From Treponema sp. (GTDB lineage: Bacteria; Spirochaetota; Spirochaetia; Treponematales; Breznakiellaceae), in assembly GCA_031274285.1 (NCBI GenBank), contig JAISQJ010000151.1, positions 3,843 through 67,842 of the forward strand: a stretch of DNA of 64,000 bases, in the 5' to 3' direction. Positions 17,418-25,644 of the stretch are shown piece after piece. Made by a program: the position numbers and the translations under genes. Positions within the stretch are counted from its first letter, which is position 1. Every line of letters starts with the position of its first letter. A model generated the notes under the pieces. That model ran no database searches, was not told where the DNA came from, and worked only from the letters and a program-made list of their open reading frames with translations.

Positions 17418-18451
17418 CCCCGGCCCTCCTCCAATTCCTCCCGCATCCTAAGAAAACTTTCGTAACGGTCTTCGTGGATGATCCCCGCCGCGGCCGCTTC
17501 CAGAATCTTACAGCCCGGCTCAGTACGGTGGGTGCAGGACAGACCGTAGCTGCATTTCCCCGCCAGGGGGGCAAATTCCCTCATCCGGAGCACCAGTTCC
17601 TCCGCCCCCAGGCCCTGGGGCACAAAGCGCCGTATGCCGGGGGTGTCAATGAGCAGAGTCTCCGCGGTTCCCGGAATCTCGATGATCTCCGCCAGGGTGG
17701 TGGTGTGGTTTCCCCGGTCGTATTTTTCGTTCAGGGCTCCCACCCGGGCCTGGGCTTCGGGCCGCAGAGCATTCACCAGGCTGGACTTCCCCACCCCGGA
17801 CTGGCCCACCAGCACCGCGCAGCGGCCCCGGATAAGGTCCCGCAGGGCGGACAGGCCCTCCCCGGTTTTGGCGGAAACCCGCAGCACCGGGTACCCGATG
17901 CGCTTAAAGTCTTCCAGCCGTTCCTCCATGTCAAGCCAATCCCCCTCCGGGTCCGCAGAAGAGTCCAGGAGGTCCTGCTTATTACAGATGATCGCCGCGG
18001 CGATCCCCGAGGCATCGGCCTGGACCAGGACCCGGTCCAGAAAACGGGGCCTAAAAGGGGGGGAGGCGGGAGTGGTAAGGACCAGGATCAGGTCCACGTT
18101 GGCGGCCAGAATCTGGGCCTCGGCGGCTCGGCCGGCCCCCAGGGCCTTCTGGTTTTTCCGGGTAAAGAGGTTACGCCGTTCCAGGACTCCGGTAATCAGG
18201 CCCGCGCCGGGGGCGCCGGAGTCTCCCCCGGGAGATCGTAAGATTCCGCCCGGAGGATCCCGCTCCAATTCCACCGTCACCCGGTCTCCCGGAGCCAGGG
18301 GGTTGCTGTAGGCCTCCATCCCTTTAAGGACCTTCCCCTTGATCCTGCAGGCAAGGCAGCGCCTCCCCTCCCCCTCGTCGTCAAGGCGGACGGTAAAGAT
18401 GTTGCGGGAACCCCGGATCACCAGCCCCTTCCGGCTCACAGGCGTCTTCAT
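17414..18451 (-). CDS. rsgA: Ribosome small-subunit-dependent GTPase A
   Basis: GQSGVGKSSLVNAL, DTPG, C-terminal zinc knuckle CSYGLSCTHRTEPGC. 4-nt overlaps with both neighbours. Confidence 0.92.
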   Translation of the reverse strand: MKTPVSRKGLVIRGSRNIFTVRLDDEGEGRRCLACRIKGKVLKGMEAYSNPLAPGDRVTVELERDPPGGILRSPGGDSGAPGAGLITGVLERRNLFTRKNQKALGAGRAAEAQILAANVDLILVLTTPASPPFRPRFLDRVLVQADASGIAAAIICNKQDLLDSSADPEGDWLDMEERLEDFKRIGYPVLRVSAKTGEGLSALRDLIRGRCAVLVGQSGVGKSSLVNALRPEAQARVGALNEKYDRGNHTTTLAEIIEIPGTAETLLIDTPGIRRFVPQGLGAEELVLRMREFAPLAGKCSYGLSCTHRTEPGCKILEAAAAGIIHEDRYESFLRMREELEEGRG

Positions 18452-19245
18452 AAAATTCCTAGCTCAAATCCAAGTTCGGCCGCCAGACCCGGCCAGGGGG
18501 CCCCTTGCCCGGAGGGTCCTTCAAGTTCCCGGACATAGAAACGGCGGAAGCGCGGAAGCGCGGATCGCAGGCCCCCTTCGTCCAAAAGGTTTTCCACACG
18601 CCGGGTAATCCCCTCTACCGAATCGTAGACGGTGATATCCGGCGCCGCTTCTTTTTTGAATTCTTCGCGGAGAAAAAGAAAATGGGTGCAGCCCAGCACC
18701 ACCCCGTCTACCCCGGCGGTCCGGAATCGTGCCAGGTAGGGAATCACAGCCTGCCGCCGCTCCTCCTCCCCCGCCAGGGCATAGCGGTACTCCACAAAAT
18801 CCACCAGGGCCGGGGCCGCAAGGGGAACAACCGTACAGCCTCCGTGGCGGGAGGCCAATTCGGCGATATAGGGATCGTCGATGGTCCGTTCGGTCCCCAG
18901 CACCCCGATCCGGCCCGTCTTGGTCCCCAGGGCCGCGGGTTTAACCGCGGGAACGGTACCCACAAAGATCAGGGAGGGAAAGCATTCCCGCAAAAATGAA
19001 AGGGCCGAAACGCTGGCCGTATTGCAGGCCAGCACCACGAGCTTTGGATTTTCCCTGGCGATCAGATCCGCCGTCAGGGTCCTGAGAATCTCCAGCAATT
19101 CCTCCCTGCTCCGTTTCCCGTAGGGAAAGTTCCGGCGATCCGCCAGGTATACCAGGGATTCTTGAGGGTTGCGGGAAACAAACCGGCGGCAATAGGGAAT
19201 CCCCCCAATACCGGAATCCAGAAAAACTATGGGACGATCATCCAT
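18448..19245 (-). CDS. murI: Glutamate racemase
   Basis: MDDRPIVFLDSGIGG, VLACNTAS, LGCTHF. I place the start at ATG 19245. The 72 upstream codons of the track ORF are Pro/Arg-rich and overlap the next real gene. Confidence 0.9.
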   Translation of the reverse strand: MDDRPIVFLDSGIGGIPYCRRFVSRNPQESLVYLADRRNFPYGKRSREELLEILRTLTADLIARENPKLVVLACNTASVSALSFLRECFPSLIFVGTVPAVKPAALGTKTGRIGVLGTERTIDDPYIAELASRHGGCTVVPLAAPALVDFVEYRYALAGEEERRQAVIPYLARFRTAGVDGVVLGCTHFLFLREEFKKEAAPDITVYDSVEGITRRVENLLDEGGLRSALPRFRRFYVRELEGPSGQGAPWPGLAAELGFELGIL

Positions 19246-19540
19246 GCGGATCAAAGAGGCCGTCAAAGGCGGCCCTGGCGGCCTGGGCCTTTTCTTTTTT
19301 CTGCCCCGGTCCGGGAGAACGGAATTTTGGGTCCAGGGAAAACCAATCGCAGAAATTCGCGCGTTCCCGGTCGGCGGGCGGATCGGAGGCCGCCTGGGGT
19401 TCCCGGCAGTGTCCGGAAGAACCGGGGCTGTAGAAACGGCAATTTTTACAGCAGCGAACATCCCTGCCGCAGCTTTCGCATCTTAGGGACCGGCCTATGG
19501 GTTCGGCTGCGCTCGTGGGGACTCCGCAGTACCAGCACAT
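19238..19540 (-). CDS. Small Cys-rich (zinc-ribbon-like) protein, unknown function
   Basis: MCWYCG...LRCESCG...CCKNCRFY...GHCREP...ERANFCDWF. It overlaps the murI start by 8 nt and is the first gene of the operon. Confidence 0.65.
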   Translation of the reverse strand: MCWYCGVPTSAAEPIGRSLRCESCGRDVRCCKNCRFYSPGSSGHCREPQAASDPPADRERANFCDWFSLDPKFRSPGPGQKKEKAQAARAAFDGLFDPHG

Positions 19541-19660
19541 GTACCGATTCTAACCCGGAATCCCCGCCAATGCTAGTACGGCGGGATCAGGGCAACAGTA
19601 TGAGCGCTCTTACGGTATTTCCCTCCCTATTTTGGCAGCAATTAACTGGATTCAAGGAAT

Positions 19661-19797
19661 AAAGACGCCCAGGCCATACAGGGAGGGGCGGCAGGGAGGC
19701 CCCCAAGACGGCCACTTGACCGAAGCGGCGTAGCCGCTTGGGGCCGACTTGGGGATGTCCCTGCCGCCCTCCGGTGAATGTTCTCGGGCTTCTTTTC
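19661..19797 (-). repeat. Copy A (inverted orientation, core only) of the structured repeat family also found at 35392-35706 and 40068-40386
   Basis: Minus-strand core: GGAGGGCGGCAGGGACATCCCCAAGTCGGCCCCAAGCGGCTACGCCGCTTCGGTCAAGTGGCCGTCTTGGGGGCCTCCCTGCCGCCCCTCC (19772-19681). It shares the conserved TTCGGTCAAGTGGCCG bulge and the stem architecture of the other two copies. Confidence 0.8.
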
Positions 19798-19852
19798 TCT
19801 TTGGAATGCTTAAAAGTTAAATTGCTACGGCGGGATTTACCAATGAGCCTTT

Positions 19853-20458
19853 TTGGCATATAACGGAATCATGTTCACCATGATCCCCTGCGCCGCGGGC
19901 TGCGGCCGGCTTGCGGTCAGCGGTTCCAATACCTGCGCCATGCATGCGGCGGATTCAGGCCGGGAGGCGGAGCGGATAGGGAACCATATCACCGCCCTGG
20001 AGGTGATCAAGGACCTCTCCGCCTGCGGGCTCAGCTTTGAAGGCATGGATTTTTCCCGGCGCAAATTCTACGGCTGCAATTTTTCCGGGGCATCCTTTTC
20101 CCGCTGCCTTTTTACCGGGGTCCAGATGCGGATTCTGTTTTTTGATTTCTGTAAGTTTAAGGACTGCGACTTTTCCAATTCAGACCTGGAATTTCTGTCC
20201 TTCGCGGGGTCCGGCATCAGCGGCTGCACCTTTAAGGGCTCCAACCTCATCCACATCAACTACGGAGGAACGGCGATCACGGAAACCACCTTTAACGATT
20301 CGGACCTTTACAACAGCCGTTTTATCAATGCGGATATTACCCGGACCGGTTTCGAGGACTGCAATCTCAAGCGCGTCTACTTTGTCAATGCCCGGCGGGA
20401 GGAAGTATCCTTTAAGGCTTCCAATGCGGCGGAAGCGATCTTTGAGACCGGGGAATAG
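19853..20458 (+). CDS. Pentapeptide-repeat protein with N-terminal Cys/His cluster
   Basis: Runs of A(D/N)LxF-type pentapeptides (CNFSGASFSRCLFTGVQM..., DFSNSDLEFLSFAGSGISGCTFKGSNL...). N-terminus: CAAGCG...CAMH. The start could instead be at MFTM (19871). Confidence 0.8.
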   Translation: MAYNGIMFTMIPCAAGCGRLAVSGSNTCAMHAADSGREAERIGNHITALEVIKDLSACGLSFEGMDFSRRKFYGCNFSGASFSRCLFTGVQMRILFFDFCKFKDCDFSNSDLEFLSFAGSGISGCTFKGSNLIHINYGGTAITETTFNDSDLYNSRFINADITRTGFEDCNLKRVYFVNARREEVSFKASNAAEAIFETGE

Positions 20459-20459
20459 G

Positions 20460-21077
20460 GTGAAACTTTTTTTTCATTACTGCAGCTATGGGTTTAGCAA
20501 CTGCTATGTATTGGGCTCCGATCCGCCGGGGGAACGGGGCGCCCTTATCATTGACCCCGCGGTCATGGATGAGCAGATCGTGAACTTCCTGGAAGGAAAC
20601 GATTACCCCCTGCTGGGAGTCCTGGTAACCCACGACCATATCAAGCATGTGCGGGGTCTGCGGACCCTCAAGCGAATCTACAATGCGGAAATATTCGCCG
20701 TTAATCCCCATATCAGGGAACACCGGACCATCATGGTGCGGGATGGGGACAATATCGGCATCGGCCCCTTTAAGGTTGAGGTGATCACCACGCCGGGCCA
20801 TTCGTCGGACTCCGCGGTGTTCCGTGTCGAGCGGATGCTCTTTACCGGGGACTCCCTCAGCGCCGGCATGGTGGGGCGGACCGCCAGCACGTACGGCTCG
20901 GCGGTACAGATGACCGCATTGCGGACCAAGATTCTCTCCCTTCCCGGAGACTTTACGATACTCCCCGCCCACGGCCCGCCGTCCACCCTGGAAGCGGAAC
21001 GCCGTTTCAATGCGGGGATCGGCGCCTTTGACGAGCACCGCAACCGCAGGCCCAAGTTCAAGATGGATCTTTCGTAA
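20460..21077 (+). CDS. MBL-fold metallo-hydrolase
   Basis: VLVTHDHIKHV (HxHxxH-type variant), TPGHSSDS, LFTGDSL, AHGP. I use the in-frame GTG at 20460, right after the pentapeptide stop. The track ORF start at 20037 overlaps the upstream gene. Confidence 0.8.
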   Translation: MKLFFHYCSYGFSNCYVLGSDPPGERGALIIDPAVMDEQIVNFLEGNDYPLLGVLVTHDHIKHVRGLRTLKRIYNAEIFAVNPHIREHRTIMVRDGDNIGIGPFKVEVITTPGHSSDSAVFRVERMLFTGDSLSAGMVGRTASTYGSAVQMTALRTKILSLPGDFTILPAHGPPSTLEAERRFNAGIGAFDEHRNRRPKFKMDLS

Positions 21078-22800
21078 CCCTGATCCGGAAAACCCTGCCC
21101 GCGCCCAGGCCCCAGCGCTCGGCTGCATAGCGGTCAAAGGCTTCGGCTTCGATCCGGAAGGCCTCCGCCAGGCTGGGCCAGGACCCGGCCTCCTCATCCT
21201 TTTCCGGCAGTACGGTCCTGCGCCAGGGGGAGGCGTCGATTCGGGAGGCCAGGGTTTCCCCAAAGTAGCGGGCCGCCCTGGACACGGGCTGCTGCAGCAC
21301 ATGGGCCATAAATTCATTGATCATCAGGTAGTCGTCCCCAATGTCGTAACGCTGGTAGTCAAAGTAGGAAACAATGAAGCGCCGGGCGCCGGGGCTCAGG
21401 CCCTCCCAGCGGCGGCGGCTGAAATCCCGAAAATCCCCGTCAATAAAAAAGATGCCGTGGAAACCCTCGTGGGCCATGAAGAGGCTCCTCAGGTAGCCCT
21501 CCGACTGCCGCGAAATCGAAATGATCCCCCCATGCCCCGGAACGATGCGGTCTCCGTCCCGGAGGATGATGCGCTCCTCAAGCAAGATGGATCGCAGCTC
21601 CCGTTCCTCGGGAAGCAGCGGAAAGTTCCCCTGCCGGGCGGCCTCGAAAAAGCGGGCCAGATCATGGTCCCGGTAATCGTGGGCGTTCCAGCCGTGCTGG
21701 CCGGCAATCTCCTCATCCCGGACAAGCCGGCCCCGGTAGCCCGCCTTTTCCACGAAGAAGGCAAGCCGCTTAAAAAGCCGGTCCTGGACCTCGTAGGATT
21801 CGGTGTCGAAGATGAGGAGGGAGGGGAAGGTTTCCCAGCGGAAAACCTCATAATCGCTCCGGCGCCAGGAAGACTGGGGGTAATCCAGGATCAGCGCGGG
21901 GTCCAGGGGAATGGGATCGGGAAAAGGCCGGTTCCCCGCGGTAACCAGGTGGAGACTTTCCATAGCTTCTCCTTCCGCCCTAAGCTGCCGGGGGGATGAG
22001 GGAAAGACCCCGGCGGGGACACGAAATTCCCCGTCCGCCGGGGGGCCTTCGATACGGAGCGCTCCGGCGCTGACGCACACCGTTCCCCCGGAACGGATCA
22101 GCAGATCCGCCCCGCCGGGGAAGGCGAAATCCCCGGGCAGATCCAGACCAATGTCCCCCTGGGGACCGGCAAACACAAAGGGGCTCAGGCTCAGGACCTC
22201 TCCGTCCCTTGCCAGGCCGTACCACCGGGGCACAATGGCCAGGGACCTTATTTCCAGAACCAGGGAGCTTTTCTTTAGGGCCTGGGCCAGTTCCCGATCC
22301 TCGGTCCTCGGAGAGGCGGCGATACGGATACCCGCCAGGCTGTCCCCCGTCAGGGGAACCACGTAGCGGATGGTGTCTCCCCGCCTTTCCGCGGGCAAAA
22401 AATCCGCATCCCAGGGCAGGACAAAGGCGGGACCCCCGTCCGCCGCGCCGTTTTCCGACAGGGAGCAGTACAGGGCCAGATCCAGGTTTTCCCGGAACCG
22501 GGAAAGGTCCTCCGCCGGGGAGGCGGAACGGAAACCGTATTCCAGGGCCAGGGACATGAGGGGGGGAATCTGCAGAGCCGGCTCCACCCGGAGTTCGACG
22601 GCGCCCCGGACCCCGCTTCCGGCGAACTTGAGGAGCCCCTGGGCCGCATCCCTGCGGGAACCGTACAGGGCGCTGCCCCCAAGCCGTGCTTGAAATTCCG
22701 CCGGAATTCCGGGAGACCGGACGCAGGCCGAAAGCAGGAGCGCCGGCAGGGTCAGGAGGAAGCTCCTCCGGCCCGGGAAAGCCATCTTACAGATCCACAA
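21058..22800 (-). CDS. Large lipoprotein with C-terminal HExxH motif (putative zinc metallopeptidase-like), otherwise uncharacterised
   Basis: Lipobox LPALLLSAC. HEGFH is followed about 50 residues later by NEFMAH. The start is ATG 22800 or 22785. Confidence 0.6.
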   Translation of the reverse strand: MWICKMAFPGRRSFLLTLPALLLSACVRSPGIPAEFQARLGGSALYGSRRDAAQGLLKFAGSGVRGAVELRVEPALQIPPLMSLALEYGFRSASPAEDLSRFRENLDLALYCSLSENGAADGGPAFVLPWDADFLPAERRGDTIRYVVPLTGDSLAGIRIAASPRTEDRELAQALKKSSLVLEIRSLAIVPRWYGLARDGEVLSLSPFVFAGPQGDIGLDLPGDFAFPGGADLLIRSGGTVCVSAGALRIEGPPADGEFRVPAGVFPSSPRQLRAEGEAMESLHLVTAGNRPFPDPIPLDPALILDYPQSSWRRSDYEVFRWETFPSLLIFDTESYEVQDRLFKRLAFFVEKAGYRGRLVRDEEIAGQHGWNAHDYRDHDLARFFEAARQGNFPLLPEERELRSILLEERIILRDGDRIVPGHGGIISISRQSEGYLRSLFMAHEGFHGIFFIDGDFRDFSRRRWEGLSPGARRFIVSYFDYQRYDIGDDYLMINEFMAHVLQQPVSRAARYFGETLASRIDASPWRRTVLPEKDEEAGSWPSLAEAFRIEAEAFDRYAAERWGLGAGRVFRIRVTKDPS

Positions 22801-23566
22801 TGCCCCTGGCGATCACCTGGGCCAGGGAATAGCGGCGCTCCATGGTCATCTCCGGACCCTGGCGCACAAAGTTTTCCAGCTCCGCGGGGAAGGAATCGGG
22901 GAGGCAGGGCAGTTCCAGCACCTGCCTATAGTAGGCCCGGTGGGAAGGCTCGAAGCGGCGGTTGATACAAAAGAGGGTAAGGCACGCGTCCTTGATAAAA
23001 CCCGCCGAGGCCAGCAGGTAATGGAATTCATCGTTTTGAAGGTAGGCGGCCCCCAGATCGTTGAGGAAATGCTCCATTTTGGACTGGTTGGCCCCGCGCA
23101 TCCCCTCCCAAAAGGAATCCCCCAGCCGTTCCAGCCTTTTCCGAATACCCCGGATCCAATCGGTCCGGGAAAAGAGGATATCCCCGTTGGCAAGGCGGTA
23201 AAAACCGTAGGTCCCGGAGTCTTTGATAAGCCACAGGGATTCAAGGCGGGTATCGGCGATGTCCACCAGTTCTTCCACCTTGGCGGTGGATTTGTATTCC
23301 AGCCTCACCGGAATATCCCCGATAAGAAAACGGTCCTTCACGGTCTGGGGGGATGTTTCAAAGGCCAGCACATCCTGACCGTAGAGACGGCGGCGTTCCT
23401 CCGCGGCCGGGACCGGCTCGGCGCAAAACACATCCAGGATAAGGGCAAAGTAGGGGTCCAGGGTATCGGACAGGGCCGCCTCGTTCACGGTGACACATTC
23501 AATGCCGGGCCACGCGGATAAATTTTGGGCAAAACGCTCGGCCAGCACCTTAGTTTTGTACTTCAT
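22787..23566 (-). CDS. Hypothetical protein, possibly a divergent nucleotidyltransferase-fold plus helical domain
   Basis: 259-aa ORF with normal composition, co-directional with and abutting the HExxH lipoprotein gene. The fold guess (DPYFALILDVF strand) is weak. Confidence 0.5.
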   Translation of the reverse strand: MKYKTKVLAERFAQNLSAWPGIECVTVNEAALSDTLDPYFALILDVFCAEPVPAAEERRRLYGQDVLAFETSPQTVKDRFLIGDIPVRLEYKSTAKVEELVDIADTRLESLWLIKDSGTYGFYRLANGDILFSRTDWIRGIRKRLERLGDSFWEGMRGANQSKMEHFLNDLGAAYLQNDEFHYLLASAGFIKDACLTLFCINRRFEPSHRAYYRQVLELPCLPDSFPAELENFVRQGPEMTMERRYSLAQVIARGIVDL

Positions 23567-23633
23567 GATGACTGTTCCTTAGAAGCCGCATCCTTAGCAT
23601 ATACACGAAAACGCGGTACACTCATCATAGTGT

Positions 23634-24287
23634 ATGAGGGGGAACATGGGAAGCAGAGAGTCTGCTATCTATCTTGCGGTGCTGGTCCCCCACCGGGACA
23701 GCCGGAGGCTCCTGCGGCAGTGGAGCGGGGAACTTTTTGCCGCAGGCTATTGGGGCGCCTGGTCTTTCCCCCACGCCGCTCCCCTGGCCCTGCTCTCCGC
23801 CCCCCTGAACGGCGATGAACTAAAGGGCCTGGCAAGGGCCCTGCGGGACCGCAGCCTGGCGGGGGGCCGGGACGGCATGTTCCACCCCGGAGCGGCGGCA
23901 ATCCTTCCCCTGACCGCGGGGGGCGGCACGGGGGCCGAAAGCGGTGCAGGCGACACAGGCGGCGAAAGCGGCATAGGCCGTGCGGCGCTCCACGGCCTCA
24001 GACTCTGCGGCCCGGCGCTGGACATCGGCATAAGCGGCGGGGACTTCGGCCGCGGCGCGGAAAAGATCGTTACCCTGTTCCCCCGGCCCCTGCTGGGCTG
24101 CATGCTCCTGCCGGAAAACCAGGACCCGCCCGCCGCCCCGCCGGGCCTGAGATTCCGGGCTGCGGCTGCGGCAAACCTCCGGTACAGCCCCCTGACCGCG
24201 GGGGAGCCGGGCTACTCATTTTCCTGGAAAATCGGGAAACTCCACTGGCTGCCGCCGCCCCGCTCCCTTCCCCGGGGGCAGCACTAA
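23634..24287 (+). CDS. Hypothetical protein (Gly/Ala-rich central segment)
   Basis: 217-aa ORF. An alternative ATG at 23646 follows GAGGGGG. The stop abuts the DUF167 gene start. No confident family. Confidence 0.45.
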   Translation: MRGNMGSRESAIYLAVLVPHRDSRRLLRQWSGELFAAGYWGAWSFPHAAPLALLSAPLNGDELKGLARALRDRSLAGGRDGMFHPGAAAILPLTAGGGTGAESGAGDTGGESGIGRAALHGLRLCGPALDIGISGGDFGRGAEKIVTLFPRPLLGCMLLPENQDPPAAPPGLRFRAAAAANLRYSPLTAGEPGYSFSWKIGKLHWLPPPRSLPRGQH

Positions 24288-24586
24288 TGGCGGCGGGGGA
24301 ATGGCTTAGCATCGACGGGGACAGCCTCCGCATCGAGATAAAGGCCCAGGCCGGGGCCTCAAAGACGGAAATCGCCGGGGTCAGGGACGGACGCCTCAGG
24401 GTCCGGATCGCCAAGGCCCCCCAGGACGGCCTGGCCAATGCGGAACTCTGCCGCTTCCTGGCCGCGATCCTGGGCTGCCCCAGGGGAAAGGTAAGGCTCC
24501 TGCGGGGGGAAAAGTCCCGGCTCAAAACCCTTGCGGTCCCCCGCTCCTGTGCCGAAAAAGCCCGGGCCCTGGCGCCCCCCGGCTAA
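24287..24586 (+). CDS. DUF167 (YggU-family) protein
   Basis: LRIEIKAQAGASKTEI...LRVRIAKAPQDGLANAELCRFLA...VRLLRGEKSRLK. Confidence 0.85.
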   Translation: MAAGEWLSIDGDSLRIEIKAQAGASKTEIAGVRDGRLRVRIAKAPQDGLANAELCRFLAAILGCPRGKVRLLRGEKSRLKTLAVPRSCAEKARALAPPG

Positions 24587-25644
24587 TTCCCTGCGGCCTG
24601 CTTAAAGGCGGTCCACACCCGCTCGTGTTCCTCCTGGGCATCCTGGTTTACGGCCCGCAGGGTTTCCATATCGGTGTTAAAACCCTCCGGCAAGGTCAGG
24701 AAGGGCCGGTACTCCGGGGAGATAAAAGGATCGGAGGCGGCAAAGGTGCAGTAGTAGCCCAGATGCTCAAAGCATCGGGCCCCCCGCCGGGCTTCCAGGA
24801 TGTAGTTAAGGAAGGCGTGGGCGGCCGCGGCATTGGGGGCCCTGACGGGGATAAAGGCCCCCATAAGGCCGTAACCGATTCCCTCCTCGGGGAACACCCT
24901 GGCCAGTTCCGCATTGGCCATCAGGGCCCGGGTGGCCTGGTCCGTATACATCACCGCCGCGGCAATTTCCCCGGAGAGCAGGTCCTCGTCCAGGAAGTCA
25001 TCCTTGATAAGGCGGACATTCGGCGCCAGGTCGATCATCAGCCTTCCCGCCTGGGCGATGACGGCGGGGTCCGGCTCATTGTAGCTTTTCCCCATGACCT
25101 TGAGGGCCAGGCCGTTCATCACCCTAAGGTTGGCGGTCAGCCCCAGCCTGCCCCGGAAGATCGGGTCCCAGAGGTCCCTATAGCCGTTTACCGGCCTGGC
25201 GATTACCTTGGGATCGTATACGATGGTCTGCACCCCCGCGCCGTAGGGCACGGTGTACTCGTCCCTGGGATCGTAGAAGGGTCCCCGGTAGATAGGATTG
25301 ATGTTGCCGTAATTGGGAATCTTGCCCTTGTCCAGCTTTTGCAGGAGTCCCTCCTCGATGGCGGTTTCGATGATATAGTCATCGGCGATCACCAGATCGT
25401 AACCGCCCCCCCTTTCGGTCCGCAGCTTGGTCAGCATCGTTTCGTTGGAATCGAAGTTTACATAATTGATTTGCAACCCCGATTCCCTGGCGAAGCCGTC
25501 CAGGATCTCCTGGGGAAACATTTCCTCCCAGGTATAGATCGTAAGCCGCTCCGTATCCCGCACCGCTCTGGCAAAAAGCGATCCGGGAATCAGAACGGCT
25601 CCCAACAGTAAAACCACCGGAAACAGAAATCTCTTTTTCATCAT
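24583..25644 (-). CDS. potD: Spermidine/putrescine ABC transporter substrate-binding protein
   Basis: Signal peptide MMKKRFLFPVVLLLGAVLI. PotD-like sequence throughout, and clearly paralogous to 30260-31327. The start at 25644 overlaps the potC stop (ATGA). Confidence 0.88.
   Translation of the reverse strand: MMKKRFLFPVVLLLGAVLIPGSLFARAVRDTERLTIYTWEEMFPQEILDGFARESGLQINYVNFDSNETMLTKLRTERGGGYDLVIADDYIIETAIEEGLLQKLDKGKIPNYGNINPIYRGPFYDPRDEYTVPYGAGVQTIVYDPKVIARPVNGYRDLWDPIFRGRLGLTANLRVMNGLALKVMGKSYNEPDPAVIAQAGRLMIDLAPNVRLIKDDFLDEDLLSGEIAAAVMYTDQATRALMANAELARVFPEEGIGYGLMGAFIPVRAPNAAAAHAFLNYILEARRGARCFEHLGYYCTFAASDPFISPEYRPFLTLPEGFNTDMETLRAVNQDAQEEHERVWTAFKQAAGN

Noticed and set aside
14853-17465. 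Several plus-strand ORFs of 188-328 aa (14853-15767, 15274-15840, 15780-16766, 16809-17465)
   Set aside because: All are antisense to mutS2, which has Walker A/B and Smr motifs. Their translations are low-complexity and Gly/Pro/Arg-rich.
18448-19461. Track version of murI with a 72-codon N-terminal extension
   Set aside because: The extension is Pro/Arg-rich and overlaps the Cys-rich ORF frame. The conserved racemase N-terminus (IVFLDSGIGG) begins right after ATG 19245.
19587-19859. 90-aa minus-strand ORF in the murI-operon/pentapeptide intergenic region
   Set aside because: It is simply the open frame across repeat copy A. It has no RBS and a Pro/Arg/Gly-rich translation.
20037-20459. N-terminal 141 codons of the 346-aa track ORF preceding the MBL hydrolase domain
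   Set aside because: This part overlaps the pentapeptide-repeat gene in another frame and is Ser/Pro/Arg-rich junk. A GTG at 20460, right after the pentapeptide stop, gives a normal-length MBL-fold protein.
21010-21999. 329-aa plus-strand ORF and 301-aa minus-strand ORF (20412-21317)
   Set aside because: They are antisense to or overlapping the HExxH lipoprotein and MBL hydrolase genes, with low-complexity Gly/Pro/Arg translations.
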